Source: an uncultured Nitrososphaerota archaeon (GTDB lineage Archaea > Thermoproteota > Nitrososphaeria > Nitrososphaerales > CADDZS01). Taken from it: a DNA stretch of 64,000 bases. The DNA lies in assembly GCA_963799845.1 (NCBI GenBank), contig CAWCYI010000004.1:320001-384000 (forward strand), written 5' to 3'. The position numbers were made by a program, and so were the translations under genes. Below, one piece after another: positions 17,931 to 28,712 of the stretch (its first letter is position 1; the number at the start of each line of letters is the position of its first letter). Under the pieces are notes generated by a model. The model did not search any database and was not told the origin of the DNA. It saw only the letters and a list, made by a program, of their open reading frames with translations.

Positions 17931-19577
17931 TTGAAAAAATTGCCCAGCAAGCTGGTATCAATTTCTGAGGCGCTGTCACCGGTCCGAGACGAATCGGTTG
18001 TTGCGATTTCTGGGTTCAACATGGCGGCAACTCCAGAACACCTGATTCTCTCACTTTTTGAAATGTATCAGAAGACTGGTCATCCAAGAGGTCTTTTTCT
18101 TGTGTGCGATTCCCTCCCCGCAATCCCTGGAAGGGCGCTCGACTTCGTCAGTGAGCAGATCTACAGGGGGAAGGACGAAGGTTTCCTGAGTGGACTGCTG
18201 ATCCCATTTCTCGGTTTTTCGCCGTGGACTCAGAAGATTGTCGAGGAAAATATGCTCGAAACATATAGCTGGCCGATTGGAGTTGTAGCCTATTGGTTTC
18301 GAGAGGTGGCTTCTGGTAGGCCCGGATTGATAACGACCATCGGCATCGACACCCTCCTTGACCCGAGGAAGGAAGGAGGAGCTATGAATCAAAAGGCGGA
18401 CCAGAAAAAGACCTGCAAAGTAAATCTTGTTCAGATCGAAGGAAACGATTTTCTTTTTTATCACGCGCCGAAGCCGACTTTTGCCCTAATACGTGCCAGT
18501 GTGTCCGATGAATTGGGTAATCTGTCTATGACGGACGAAGGAATCCGTGGAACGGTACTGAATATCGCGCAGGCAACAAAGGCAAGACCCGAGCCGGGGA
18601 GCGTTGTTGCTCAGGTCAGATGGATTACGAAATCCGGAACGATGAATCCAAGGGACGTGGACGTACCCTCGCCGCTCATCGATACCGTCGTCATCTCACC
18701 GAAGCAGCACCACTGGCAGGGAGGAACTTTCGAGTATGATCCGAGAATCTCTTATCGAGTCATGCAACCGGTGACGGAGGAGATCGTTTCTGATATTTTG
18801 CCGCCCCCAGAAAGGGAGTTTGAAAGGGTGATTGCAAGACGGGTGCTGGTAGAACTGATCAAAGTCCTCGACGAAAAGGATTCTCCAGTGCTTGTCAATT
18901 TGGGAGTGGGAATCCCTGCTCTTGTCTCCGCTGTTGCGGCGGAAGAAAATGTCGCTGACTGCATCCTGACAGTCCTTGAATCGGGGCCGTGGGGCGGTAT
19001 TGCACTTTCAGGGGTCGATTTCGGGTTGGCGTTCAGTCCGTTCGCCCTTTCTTCGATGCCAGACATGTTCTCCAATTTTGAAGGCGGCATCATCGACGCG
19101 GCCTCTCTGGGCTTCCTACAAGTGGATCAGGCAGGAAACGTAAACCCATCAATGCTTCCGGGAAGGATCTACGGCCCGGGTGGTTTCCCCGTGATAGCGG
19201 GCGGTGCTCCCAGGACCTATTTCTCGGGTGCATTTGCCGGTGGGCCGAGCAAACTTCGAGTCGAGTTAGGTGCCCTAAACATTATCGAAGACGGGCCGGT
19301 CAGCAAGTTCGTCCCTAAGGTCTACCGCGTGTTCTTCAGCGGAAAGGAAGCAATCAAGCATGGAAAGGAAATTCTGTATATCACAGAGCGTGCAGTTTTT
19401 CGACTATCAAGAGACGGCTTGGTGCTGGAGGAAATTGCGCCGGGAGTAGACCTGGACAGAAACGTTCTTCAGAAAATGGAGTTCAAACCGGAGGTCAGCC
19501 CGAAGTTAAGGGAAATGGACAGGATGCTCTTCTTGGACCGGAAGATGGGAATCAGGGACTCTCTCTTCGACGAGTAG
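17931..19577 (+). CDS. Acyl-CoA:acetate/3-ketoacid CoA transferase (family I, propionate CoA-transferase/YdiF-like)
   Basis: G.PG..T.IGIDTLLDPR, DELGNLS, VNLGVGIP, catalytic ESG, QVDQAGNVN, YITERAVF, EIAPGVD. Confidence 0.92.
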   Translation: MKKLPSKLVSISEALSPVRDESVVAISGFNMAATPEHLILSLFEMYQKTGHPRGLFLVCDSLPAIPGRALDFVSEQIYRGKDEGFLSGLLIPFLGFSPWTQKIVEENMLETYSWPIGVVAYWFREVASGRPGLITTIGIDTLLDPRKEGGAMNQKADQKKTCKVNLVQIEGNDFLFYHAPKPTFALIRASVSDELGNLSMTDEGIRGTVLNIAQATKARPEPGSVVAQVRWITKSGTMNPRDVDVPSPLIDTVVISPKQHHWQGGTFEYDPRISYRVMQPVTEEIVSDILPPPEREFERVIARRVLVELIKVLDEKDSPVLVNLGVGIPALVSAVAAEENVADCILTVLESGPWGGIALSGVDFGLAFSPFALSSMPDMFSNFEGGIIDAASLGFLQVDQAGNVNPSMLPGRIYGPGGFPVIAGGAPRTYFSGAFAGGPSKLRVELGALNIIEDGPVSKFVPKVYRVFFSGKEAIKHGKEILYITERAVFRLSRDGLVLEEIAPGVDLDRNVLQKMEFKPEVSPKLREMDRMLFLDRKMGIRDSLFDE

Positions 19578-19656
19578 ATTTGGCCGAAATCCCTTCGAAT
19601 ATGTTCGTAGCGACCATAATCACTTTTATTTTTTTGTTAATTCTCTCGACCACACA

Positions 19657-20469
19657 ATGCTGGACACGAGCTCATTCCGGATAAATCCGGGACAGAAGAT
19701 CAACATCGCAGAACTTGATCCCAACGACACCTCAGCCGCGGACGAGAAAAAAAGCGATTCGAAGGACGAAATTAAAAAACTTGTAGAGAAACTGGATGAT
19801 CTTCAAGAAATGCTGTACGCCGAGCATCGGCATAAAGTTCTGATCGTGCTTCAGGCGATGGACACTGGAGGAAAAGATGGGGTCATTCGCCGGATCTTCG
19901 AAGGCGTGAACCCTTCAGGAGTTCGTGTCGCACATTTCAGAGAGCCATCGCAGGAAGAGAAAGACCACGGCTTCCTTTGGAGGGAGTACAAAGAAGTTCC
20001 TGGAAATGGCGAGATCGTTATCTTCAACAGGAGTCATTACGAGGGTGTTCTGGTAGAGCGGGTCCATAACATTGTACCTAAAGATGTCTGGGAGAAACGC
20101 TATGATGAAATCAATGAGTTCGAAAGACTCCTAGTGGAGGAAGGAACGACCATTATCAAATTCTATCTTCACATCGATTCTCAAGAGCAGAAGAAGCGGA
20201 TTAGGGAAAGACTCGATGATCCCACGAAGGAATGGAAATTCAGCGCTGACGATCTGGTCGAGAGAAAAAAATGGGACGATTACATGAAAGCTTACGAAGC
20301 ATTACTGAACAGGACGAGCGCGGAAAAATCTCCTTGGTACGTCATACCCTCGAATCATAAATGGTTCAGAGATCTTTTGGTGGCCACAATACTCGTTGAG
20401 ACACTTGAAAGCTTCCGGATGAAATATCCGAAACTGCCAACGCAGTTCAAGTCTGCGAAATTGGGCTAG
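19657..20469 (+). CDS. ppk2: Polyphosphate kinase 2 (class III-like)
   Basis: LQAMDTGGKDG Walker A, FNRSHYE, IIKFYLHID..EQ, WKFS..D, PWYVIPSNHKW. Confidence 0.93.
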   Translation: MLDTSSFRINPGQKINIAELDPNDTSAADEKKSDSKDEIKKLVEKLDDLQEMLYAEHRHKVLIVLQAMDTGGKDGVIRRIFEGVNPSGVRVAHFREPSQEEKDHGFLWREYKEVPGNGEIVIFNRSHYEGVLVERVHNIVPKDVWEKRYDEINEFERLLVEEGTTIIKFYLHIDSQEQKKRIRERLDDPTKEWKFSADDLVERKKWDDYMKAYEALLNRTSAEKSPWYVIPSNHKWFRDLLVATILVETLESFRMKYPKLPTQFKSAKLG

Positions 20470-20800
20470 GGAATGGCCAGGCTTTCGACTAGTTCGTTCA
20501 GCCAGTCGTCCCCGAAAATTAAATCCTGCAACACCGTTTCATTGTCGGCCCCAGCTTCTTGGCGAGGTTCGAGGATGATTCTCTAAAGTTCCGCCAGATC
20601 GGTTCAATCAAACGGAAACGGACATTAAAGAGGTAAGCATGTCTAGATTCCAAATAATATTAGGCACCAGAATATAGATATGCCGAAAATATCGCTCTGA
20701 ATGGAACCTAAATCCCAACTGAAATATATTCTGGAATTATTTTACAGAAAGGTGAATATTCGCAATCGTACAAGATTCGAAGAGCTTCGATGCAGGGGAG

Positions 20801-21244
20801 ATGTCCAAACCACCATCTCGTTCGACTCATAGGTTAAGAATCCTGCTCGTGATTATGCTCGTAATTCTAACCGTTCAGGGCTGGTTAGGGGACACTACTA
20901 ATCTTTTCGTGATCACATCCGGTACTTCGTCAATTCCTTTCTCCTTGAGCGCAATTATTCAGAGTATAGTCAACAATGGACCGATTCTCATCTGGCATGC
21001 AACTGAAGGATTCTTGCTACTGATCTTGTCATTGGTTGCGATTGGACTTTCATTCAAATGGTCGGGCAAGAGAAACGTGCGGATTGCGTCTATCTTCGGT
21101 GCACTGATGATAATTTCGGCCGTGATTGGAGGAGTAAGCTTCCTGCTTTCCGGGTACAATGCCGCCGGCTCTTCAGCCGAAATGGGCGGGAGTTTTATTG
21201 GAGCGTACGCGTTCTACTTCATGGAACTCTATTTTACAAAATAA
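20801..21244 (+). CDS. 4-TM hypothetical membrane protein
   Basis: Four hydrophobic helices, with a His in IWHATEG. Confidence 0.7.
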   Translation: MSKPPSRSTHRLRILLVIMLVILTVQGWLGDTTNLFVITSGTSSIPFSLSAIIQSIVNNGPILIWHATEGFLLLILSLVAIGLSFKWSGKRNVRIASIFGALMIISAVIGGVSFLLSGYNAAGSSAEMGGSFIGAYAFYFMELYFTK

Positions 21245-21390
21245 ATTCGGGCATGGCAGTAGATGTGGACGCAAGATCCGGAGTGCGTCTTCATTTTTGA
21301 TTTATACAATCTTCCGCCACATCATTCAAAATCCCTTAAATTGCCGCATATTTCATTTCTCGCGGGTTATTCCGGGCCCTAGTTTCGCAA

Positions 21391-22089
21391 GTGATCATCA
21401 TGATAGTCCTGACACCCATAATTGCGGAGTTGGGAGCGTTCATCATAGCCGGGTTTGTATTCTACGGTTTGAAAATAAGGTACGGCTGGACGGTAGCGTT
21501 TCTTTTCCTGATTGGATCGATTATCTGGACGACCCCTCTTGAAACTCTGGGGATACTTACCGGGTCTTACTCGTATACTACATTTGCAGGTTCTCTATTT
21601 CCAAGCTACCGGGGCTACCTGTTGTGGATCGGCGTCGTACCGTTATGGATCGAAATGGGATGGTTCATCGTGTCCGCATCGTCCTTCGTGTTGTTTCATG
21701 ATGTCCTACTTCCAAAGTCGAAAACTCTCGCGGCAACTCTCTTTGCGGGGCTTTTCGCGGTAAACCTCGATCTCATGATAGATCCGGTCGCCTCGTCAAA
21801 CAGGCTGTGGGTCTGGATCGGCCCGTCGCTGAACCTCTTTGACATCCCGGTATACAACTATGTGGGATGGTTCGTAATGATATTTTTCTATGACATTATT
21901 ATCTGGAATACGGTCGTCGGCTTCCGGCAGATAAAGGGTCTGAGCGTTATCGAAAAGAGACTCTTCTCGTTCAAAGGCACGGTGACTTCTGTTAGCTTTA
22001 GGAAAAGAGCGACTGGTTTCCTTTTTAGGATGCTAGTTTTTGAATTTGTTGCAATCATCCTGATCAAGATGGTATCGATGGTGACCTAA
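21391..22089 (+). CDS. CruF/DUF422 'carotenoid biosynthesis' family membrane protein
   Basis: G.LTG.Y.Y, GVVPLWI..GW, DLMIDPVA....W.W, IPVYNYVGW. Confidence 0.75.
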   Translation: MIIMIVLTPIIAELGAFIIAGFVFYGLKIRYGWTVAFLFLIGSIIWTTPLETLGILTGSYSYTTFAGSLFPSYRGYLLWIGVVPLWIEMGWFIVSASSFVLFHDVLLPKSKTLAATLFAGLFAVNLDLMIDPVASSNRLWVWIGPSLNLFDIPVYNYVGWFVMIFFYDIIIWNTVVGFRQIKGLSVIEKRLFSFKGTVTSVSFRKRATGFLFRMLVFEFVAIILIKMVSMVT

Positions 22090-22092
22090 CAA

Positions 22093-22356
22093 ATGAGCAG
22101 GGATTCCATGTCATACGAGGAAAAAGGTGCGAAAGAACAACTGGAGAAAAAAGACAGCAAGGGAGCGCGAATTGTTGTCTTCGGAGCGCTCGCCTCGATG
22201 CTTCTCTGGTTTACTGTCCTGCTGTCTGGAGATCCGATAAAGTACTTTGGCAGCCCGGAAGCGAGCAATTTCTATGCTATCGCGATTAGCGCGCCTGCTG
22301 CGATAATTTCGATCTTTGCTCTGATTAAAGTTGGGAAACGGAAAAAAGCTTACTGA
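22093..22356 (+). CDS. Small 2-TM membrane protein
   Basis: Starts 3 bp after the previous stop; two hydrophobic segments and a basic tail. Confidence 0.65.
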   Translation: MSRDSMSYEEKGAKEQLEKKDSKGARIVVFGALASMLLWFTVLLSGDPIKYFGSPEASNFYAIAISAPAAIISIFALIKVGKRKKAY

Positions 22357-22470
22357 TTTTTTGCTACCTGTTACTAACTCCGATCTAATTCAAGATTTTA
22401 CGACAGTATCTCGAAATTGGCGAGGCGGTTTACCTGACGTTATCAATCGAAAAGTTGGTTTTAATTGATT

Positions 22471-23322
22471 CTACGCCAGGCCAGTGAGTTTCAGACTAAC
22501 ATCCCACAGGCGCTTTGCTTCGTCCCCGTCGTAAGATTCTTTTGAAGACTGATTTTCTTTTTTCTTGTAAAAGTACTTGCCGGTCACTCCTTCGACTTCT
22601 GGGGAAGACGCCAAGTAAATGGGAGTCTCAGCCCCCTTTTTCGGACTGATCATGAACGGCCTTCCCAACCTTATCCCAATTCCCAACGCGCCACCTTCGT
22701 CCCCCCACCTCGTCCTGACCACTCCGGGATGTACGGCGTTCACGGTAACTCCAGTGCCGGCCAGTCTCCTTGAAAGTTCGTAGGTAAAAAGAACCTGTGC
22801 CAGCTTGGACTGTGAGTACGACTTCATCGCGCTGTATCCCTTCTTCTCCTGAAGATCATCAAAGTCTATGTGACCACTCAAGCTCGCGCTCGAACTGACA
22901 TTCACTATTCTCGATGGCGCTGAGACTTTCAAAGTATCCAGCAGAAGCATTGTGAGAAGGAAGTGGGAGAGGTAGTTCACTTCAAATGTGGTTTCGAGAT
23001 TGTCTACGGTTATCATCTTTTTTCCCATGATCAACCCCGCGTTGTTTACAAGGACGTGCAGCCGATCATGAGTTTTCTTGAAGTCGTCAGCAAGTTTTCT
23101 GACAGAGGCGAGCGAGGAAAGATCCGCAAGCAAAAGCTCAACCGATTTGTTTCCGGTCCTCTCAATGATCTTGCTTTTCGCCGCTTCTCCCTTCGTTTGA
23201 TCGCGGCAAACGAGAACTGTGGTCGCTCCCAGCTGCGCGAGACCCGCAGCAACCTCTCCGCCGATACCGCTGTTCGCCCCCGTAATCGTGCATGTTTTAC
23301 CTGAAAGGGAAACGCTCGACAA
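22471..23322 (-). CDS. Short-chain dehydrogenase/reductase (retinol-DH-like)
   Basis: TGANSGIG, NNAG, YSQSK catalytic motif, VHPGVV.T. Confidence 0.95.
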   Translation of the reverse strand: MSSVSLSGKTCTITGANSGIGGEVAAGLAQLGATTVLVCRDQTKGEAAKSKIIERTGNKSVELLLADLSSLASVRKLADDFKKTHDRLHVLVNNAGLIMGKKMITVDNLETTFEVNYLSHFLLTMLLLDTLKVSAPSRIVNVSSSASLSGHIDFDDLQEKKGYSAMKSYSQSKLAQVLFTYELSRRLAGTGVTVNAVHPGVVRTRWGDEGGALGIGIRLGRPFMISPKKGAETPIYLASSPEVEGVTGKYFYKKKENQSSKESYDGDEAKRLWDVSLKLTGLA

Positions 23323-23449
23323 TCATACCACCAAATTTTGTAACTATACAACGGCTCTAATCGAATGTTTACTATGTATGCATGTCCCTCCCCCAAAATC
23401 AATGTTAATACCATGTATTTTCTGATGTGGGCACATTCCTCCGCGGGCC

Positions 23450-24932
23450 TTGCAAATGAAATACAAGTGGGTGGCGCTCACCGTCACATCTGTTGGAACC
23501 GTGATGGCAGGCGTAGATACACGAATTGTGATCGTCGGACTGCCCACGATCGCAAAGCAGCTCGGTGCTGACGTCGAGAGCATCATATGGGTCAGTCAAG
23601 CCTATCTCCTGGCCAGTACCGTCGGTCTTCTTCTGATCGGGAGAGTAACTGATCTTATCGGCAGGGTCAAGATCTACAACCTCGGGTTTGCCGTGTTCAC
23701 GATAGGTTCTCTGCTGTCCTCAATTTCCTTCTCTTCCGTGGAATTAATCGCGGCGCGGACTGTCCAGGGGACTGGAGCAGCTGATGCTTCTCACGAACAG
23801 CACCGCAATTCTAACAGACGCGACACCCAAGGAAGAACTCGGCACAATCCTCGGTCTCAATCAGATTGCATTCAGAGTCGGGTCGGTCGCCGGTCTAACT
23901 TTGGCCGGAGTAATACTCGCAGTTGCAGACTGGCGCGCGCTCTTTTACATCAACATACCGATTGGGATTTTCGGAACGCTGTGGGCTCATCTAAGGCTGA
24001 AGGAAATCTCTACCAAAGACGTAGCTCGCAAAATGGACTGGTGGGGCTTCATAACTTTCACTCTGGGCATAACGTCGATCCTACTTTCCATCACGTTCCT
24101 GAGTTACGGACTTTCGGACACTCGGATCGGCTTGGGGCTGGCAGTGTTCGGATCGTTTCTTCTAATTGCGTTCGTCCAAATTGAGTCGAGGATAGAAGCT
24201 CCCATTCTTGATCTTCGTCTATTCAAAATCAGGGAGTTCATGGGAGGAAATCTAGCACAGTTGCTAAACGCCCTCGCTTGGTCTGGCGTCATTATCATGC
24301 TTTCCTTTTACCTGCAGCTGGTGTTGAGCATGTCAGCCCTCCAGGCCGGCTTGTCCCTTCTTCCACTCGAAGCAACTTATGCCATATTCGGCCCGTTAAG
24401 CGGTAGATTATCGGACAAATACGGTACCAGGTGGTTTTCAACGATCGGGCTCATTGTAAGCAGCGCGGGCTTTTTCCTGTTGTCCACGGTCAGTACCGGA
24501 ACAACTTACCTTCAGCTTGCGCTTCCTCTCGCATTACTGGGAGTCGGAAACGGAATGTTCGTTTCTCCAAACATTTCGTCAATTATGGGCTCGGTGCCTC
24601 CCAATAGAAGGGGCGTCGCCTCCGGATTTAGAGTAACGGTATTCAATATTGGCTTGACAGCAAGCTCTGGAATCGCAATCCTCCTGATTACACTGGGCCT
24701 GCCCTATTCTGTTTTTTCATCCTTCATCGAAGGTCTGGCCCCAGCGAGCGTTACCGCTACAGCAATCGAAGGATTCGTCAAAGGTTTTAGAATCGCAGCT
24801 TTTGTTCTCGCAATAATTAACACCATCGCAATTATTCCATCGTTCTTGAGAGGACCGCGACACTATTACAAAGCCGTCCAAGAAACTAGTCCCGAAAACT
24901 CTGTACCCGGCATAGGCATGGACAAATCCTGA
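23450..24932 (+). CDS. MFS drug:H+ antiporter (DHA2-like; frame break near 23783)
   Basis: D..IV..GLP.I, GRVTDLIGR, ARTVQGTG; +1 frame continues with WRALFYINIPIG and GRLSDKYG. Confidence 0.9.
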
Positions 24933-24965
24933 AACTTTCAGAGATCCCTTGATTACAGTTATTGC

Positions 24966-24972
24966 TTAAATA
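24966..24972 (+). promoter_or_regulatory. Probable archaeal TATA box (TTAAATA) for the cNMP-binding gene
   Basis: About 27 bp upstream of ATG 24999, spacing typical of leaderless archaeal transcripts. Confidence 0.45.
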
Positions 24973-24998
24973 GTTCGCAGAGTCCCATTCACCCAATT

Positions 24999-25451
24999 AT
25001 GAAACTCCCGCTTAGTCCAAAGGAAGAAACCGAAATAGTCGATATGCTTCAAAATGTTGTTCCGATCTTTTCCGGGCTTCCGAAAAAGGAGTTAAAGGCA
25101 ATGTCACATTCGTTTGTCGAACGAAGTTACGAGCCTGGGAAAGTGATCGAAGCCGAAGGTGACAAGGGTCTTTCGTTCTATCTGATAATCGACGGTTCGG
25201 TAGACGTTCGCAAGGGGGGAAAATCAATCGCGAAACTTTCGAGGGGGCAGTTTTTCGGAGAGCTTTCGTTACTTGACAAGCAGCCCAGATCCGCTACTAT
25301 CGAGGCGGTGGAGCCTACCAAGTGTCTAGTCATGACGGCGTGGGTGTGGAGCGGATTCCTGGAAACCCAACCGAAACTTGCAGTGCCGGTAATGCGGGAA
25401 CTCGCCAGACGACTTAGGGAGACCGACCAGAAACTAAGCACTTTGAACTAG
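24999..25451 (+). CDS. Stand-alone cyclic-nucleotide-binding domain protein
   Basis: EGDKG..FYLI.DG.V.V, GQFFGELSLLDKQPRSAT. Confidence 0.92.
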   Translation: MKLPLSPKEETEIVDMLQNVVPIFSGLPKKELKAMSHSFVERSYEPGKVIEAEGDKGLSFYLIIDGSVDVRKGGKSIAKLSRGQFFGELSLLDKQPRSATIEAVEPTKCLVMTAWVWSGFLETQPKLAVPVMRELARRLRETDQKLSTLN

Positions 25452-25475
25452 TAGTAAATATCGCGCATCTTCGAA

Positions 25476-26138
25476 TCATTGCTCCTGCTTCAGAGACTTA
25501 CCCTTTACCGTGACCTTGTAAATTGAATTCTTGTCTTCGGAGATCACATTGATATTCGCATAATCGTCGTGGAACAGGGAGAATTTGTATTTTTTCGGAT
25601 CTAGATCTTGCGATCTTACTATCATGGCCAGCTTGTCGATTAGCCTCTGGTTATCGATCTTGATATGTCTCCTCTGCCTTGCAACTTCACCCATATGACT
25701 TTCGTAAAAGGCGTTCACCATCCTAGTCAACTTCCTGTTCAGCCTAAAGTATACACCAAATCCAACAAAGTACGCTCCAATAAAAGCACCAAGAAAGGCG
25801 TAGGCACCGACGATTCCAAGGTGCGCGATAACACCTGTACCGAGCAAAATGAAATAAATCGTGAACACGATAAGACCCAGGAACATTATCACCGGCCTCA
25901 GTATTCCTAAGCGTCTTGATAGCTTCATTATTTGATCCGATTCGGAAGGCAAGCCGGCAATGTCGTCCACGTCTTTGGATATATCCTTCCAGACTGCCTT
26001 AACATCAGGGTCGTCGGAATTGTTCTTGACGATCCTCTTTATCCGTGCCGGGTCTGTTACCGAAAGAGCAGCGTATCCATCAAGCAGGGGTATCAATGTT
26101 GCAAGCTGTTTTGGATCTATCGACTTTTTGTCCGCCAC
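25476..26138 (-). CDS. Hypothetical 2-TM membrane protein
   Basis: Central hydrophobic hairpin flanked by soluble domains. Confidence 0.7.
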   Translation of the reverse strand: MADKKSIDPKQLATLIPLLDGYAALSVTDPARIKRIVKNNSDDPDVKAVWKDISKDVDDIAGLPSESDQIMKLSRRLGILRPVIMFLGLIVFTIYFILLGTGVIAHLGIVGAYAFLGAFIGAYFVGFGVYFRLNRKLTRMVNAFYESHMGEVARQRRHIKIDNQRLIDKLAMIVRSQDLDPKKYKFSLFHDDYANINVISEDKNSIYKVTVKGKSLKQEQ

Positions 26139-26187
26139 ATCAGATCTCCAATTTCTTTTGAAAGCAAACCAGACAAGAATCGCGTAC

Positions 26188-27222
26188 TCAATTTACTTTA
26201 GCTATCAGCTCATCGAGTCCCAAATAGTCTTTCCTGTCCACCAGACCCCTCAAAGGCTCGCCCTTGGTAAACCTTACGATATTCTCGAATGAACTCAGGA
26301 GTGCGAGTTCCTGTGTTTCTGGAACGGCGCCAGAGTCATGCGGTGTCCCAAGGAAATTAGGCAGGTCGAAGAATGGGAATTTTTGCTCGAATTTTTCTCC
26401 CTTTTTCGGATAGTGCCACCAAACGTCAAGCGCACATTTGAAACTCGGATTTTCCTTGAGGTGTTTGTATAATGCAGCTTCGTCGATTATGTATCCCCTC
26501 GCGATATTGACGAGAACGCACTTTGGCTTCATTTTCGACAGGGCTGATTCGTCTAGCAAGTGGAACGTGCTTACAGTCAGAGGAAGCGCGATCACAACTG
26601 CATCAGCTTCCTTCGCCAAATCTTCAAATTTGTCCAGACTCACAACCTGATCGAAGTCGGGCACTGACTTTCCGCTCGTGTTCACGCCGAGAGTTTTCAT
26701 TCCAAAGCTTGTAGCAAGTTTAGCGACTGGTTCACCGATTCCCCCCGCACCGAGGACAAGAATCGTCTTTCCTTTGAGAAAAATCGATTCAGGAATTTGC
26801 CAGATGCCTTTTGCAAGCGACTGGTTCGACAATCCGATGTTGCGCGCAAAATATAGTATCATGCCAAAAACATGTTCGGCAATCTGCTCGCCAAAGGCGC
26901 CAACATTTCCACAAACAAGGACTCCGGGGGGTATATTTTCAAACTTGATGACGTCGAGTCCGGCTCGGGTTGATTGTATCAGCTTCAGATTCGAAAATCT
27001 CCCGAGGTTCTCTGGAGAGAGCCACTCCAGGTCGTTTTGGAGAACTGTGTCTAGCAACAATATTTCGACGCTCGGAAAATCCTCATCCCGCAGAGTCTCA
27101 GATGGTTTTATCTCATACCCCCTTCCCAAAGAACTTGAGAACTTATCGCTCAAACTTTGTGGCAGTTCTCTTGTGATGAGAATGATTTTCTTTATTGAGT
27201 TATTGCTCATCTCATTTTTCAA
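26188..27222 (-). CDS. D-isomer-specific 2-hydroxyacid dehydrogenase
   Basis: AEH, LGAGGIG, LVNIARG, ALDVW, TPH. Confidence 0.92.
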   Translation of the reverse strand: MKNEMSNNSIKKIILITRELPQSLSDKFSSSLGRGYEIKPSETLRDEDFPSVEILLLDTVLQNDLEWLSPENLGRFSNLKLIQSTRAGLDVIKFENIPPGVLVCGNVGAFGEQIAEHVFGMILYFARNIGLSNQSLAKGIWQIPESIFLKGKTILVLGAGGIGEPVAKLATSFGMKTLGVNTSGKSVPDFDQVVSLDKFEDLAKEADAVVIALPLTVSTFHLLDESALSKMKPKCVLVNIARGYIIDEAALYKHLKENPSFKCALDVWWHYPKKGEKFEQKFPFFDLPNFLGTPHDSGAVPETQELALLSSFENIVRFTKGEPLRGLVDRKDYLGLDELIAKVN

Positions 27223-27236
27223 ATCCTACAACCACT

Positions 27237-28712
27237 CTATTTCAGTACAGCAGTAAGCAGGTGATTCCCAAGTCGTCGTGACAGCGCCATTATCGTGAGG
27301 GACGGATTTGCATCAATTACCGAAGGTATGATGCTGCCATCCATCACATACAATCCTTCGACATCGTGCGATCGGCAATTTGAGTTCACGGCGCTTCGTT
27401 TGGTATCGCCGCCCATCCTGCAAGAGCCTTGTACATGGTGGCTGAGGTATATCGAATCGACAGTTTCTGTAGCACCTGCCGCATAAAGACCATCCCTGCA
27501 CATCGATTTCGCGGCCCGGAATCTCGACTTATCTTCTGGGGTGACTGGCTTGTAGATTTTTTCTTGACCGGTTTCAGGATCACGAAATATCCTGCCATCG
27601 TTCTTATCGTGAATATTGATGAAGATGCCAGCGAAGTGTCGGTAGTTCTCGAGAATCTCTTTCTGTTTCCGTCCCCAGAGAGGAATTTCGTCTTCATCTA
27701 CCATCACTTCCGAAAAAGTCAGAGGCCCCTCCATAATTTCAGAGGCTTCCAAGAGGAAGCCGCCTTTTTCCTTCTGAGCGAACTCCTCCATCTGTCCGGA
27801 AAGAGGATGCATGAGCCAGTTGTTCAGTACTCGGTCGAATTTGCCAAAAACTACTGCCGCGGTGTTTGCCCCAAAGTTCCTTCCGATCTGCAAGACGCTC
27901 GGGGAATCTCCCGCAATTTCAGCTATTTTCGAATCCATGAGGAGGCCGGGTGTGTTTAGAGCGCCCGCGGCAATGATGACGATTTTGGAAGAAATCCTCT
28001 TCCTTTCGCCGTCGTCTCCCACGAGTTCGACTCCTTCAACAAAAGGAAGTTTGCCAGCCGATCTGGCTTTTGAAAACAATATTTTCGTAACCGTCGAATT
28101 GTAGAAAATTTCAGCGCCAAGAAAGATTGCTGGCACGATGTAAGAAAGTTGCGTCCCCCTCTTGGCTTCGGTTGGACAGCCGAAAAGGCAGCCTGACTTG
28201 TCGCACTGGGCGGTAATATACGCATCAACCGGGTGGAACGGATGGCCCATCTTCTGGAAGCCCTCATCGATTAGTTTCATGCCATCGTCCCACTCGGTGT
28301 ACTTTCGAACGCTCGTGTCTCGCTCGACCTGATCGTAATATGAGGAAAGATCGGAAGACGTAAATTTCTCACCTGATTCGTTAGTCAGCCCGGTTGCCTC
28401 ATGCCACTCCTGGAAATTGAAATCTGGCGCGCGGTGGGCGACCGCGGTGAATATAGTTGTCGATCCTCCAACGCATCTTCCCATTCCAAGAGCAATCTCT
28501 CCATCAAGCCCCAGTTCGTAATTCTGAGTCCACCTCGGCTTCGCCCAGAGTTTCCTCAGTGCCATTAGCTCAAAACGATTGAACTCGTTGGCTGTGTAAA
28601 ATCCGCCGGCCTCAATGATTGCAACTTTTTTGCCTGCCTGGGCTAGCTGCCAAGCTACAGGGCCGCCCCCTGCGCCGGATCCGATTACTATCGCGTCATA
28701 CTCGTGAGGCAT
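27237..28712 (-). CDS. GMC-family flavoprotein oxidoreductase
   Basis: IGSGAGG, G.CVGGST, C..SGC..GC, AAGALNTP, HHVQGSCRMG, NPSLTIMAL. Confidence 0.92.
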   Translation of the reverse strand: MPHEYDAIVIGSGAGGGPVAWQLAQAGKKVAIIEAGGFYTANEFNRFELMALRKLWAKPRWTQNYELGLDGEIALGMGRCVGGSTTIFTAVAHRAPDFNFQEWHEATGLTNESGEKFTSSDLSSYYDQVERDTSVRKYTEWDDGMKLIDEGFQKMGHPFHPVDAYITAQCDKSGCLFGCPTEAKRGTQLSYIVPAIFLGAEIFYNSTVTKILFSKARSAGKLPFVEGVELVGDDGERKRISSKIVIIAAGALNTPGLLMDSKIAEIAGDSPSVLQIGRNFGANTAAVVFGKFDRVLNNWLMHPLSGQMEEFAQKEKGGFLLEASEIMEGPLTFSEVMVDEDEIPLWGRKQKEILENYRHFAGIFINIHDKNDGRIFRDPETGQEKIYKPVTPEDKSRFRAAKSMCRDGLYAAGATETVDSIYLSHHVQGSCRMGGDTKRSAVNSNCRSHDVEGLYVMDGSIIPSVIDANPSLTIMALSRRLGNHLLTAVLK

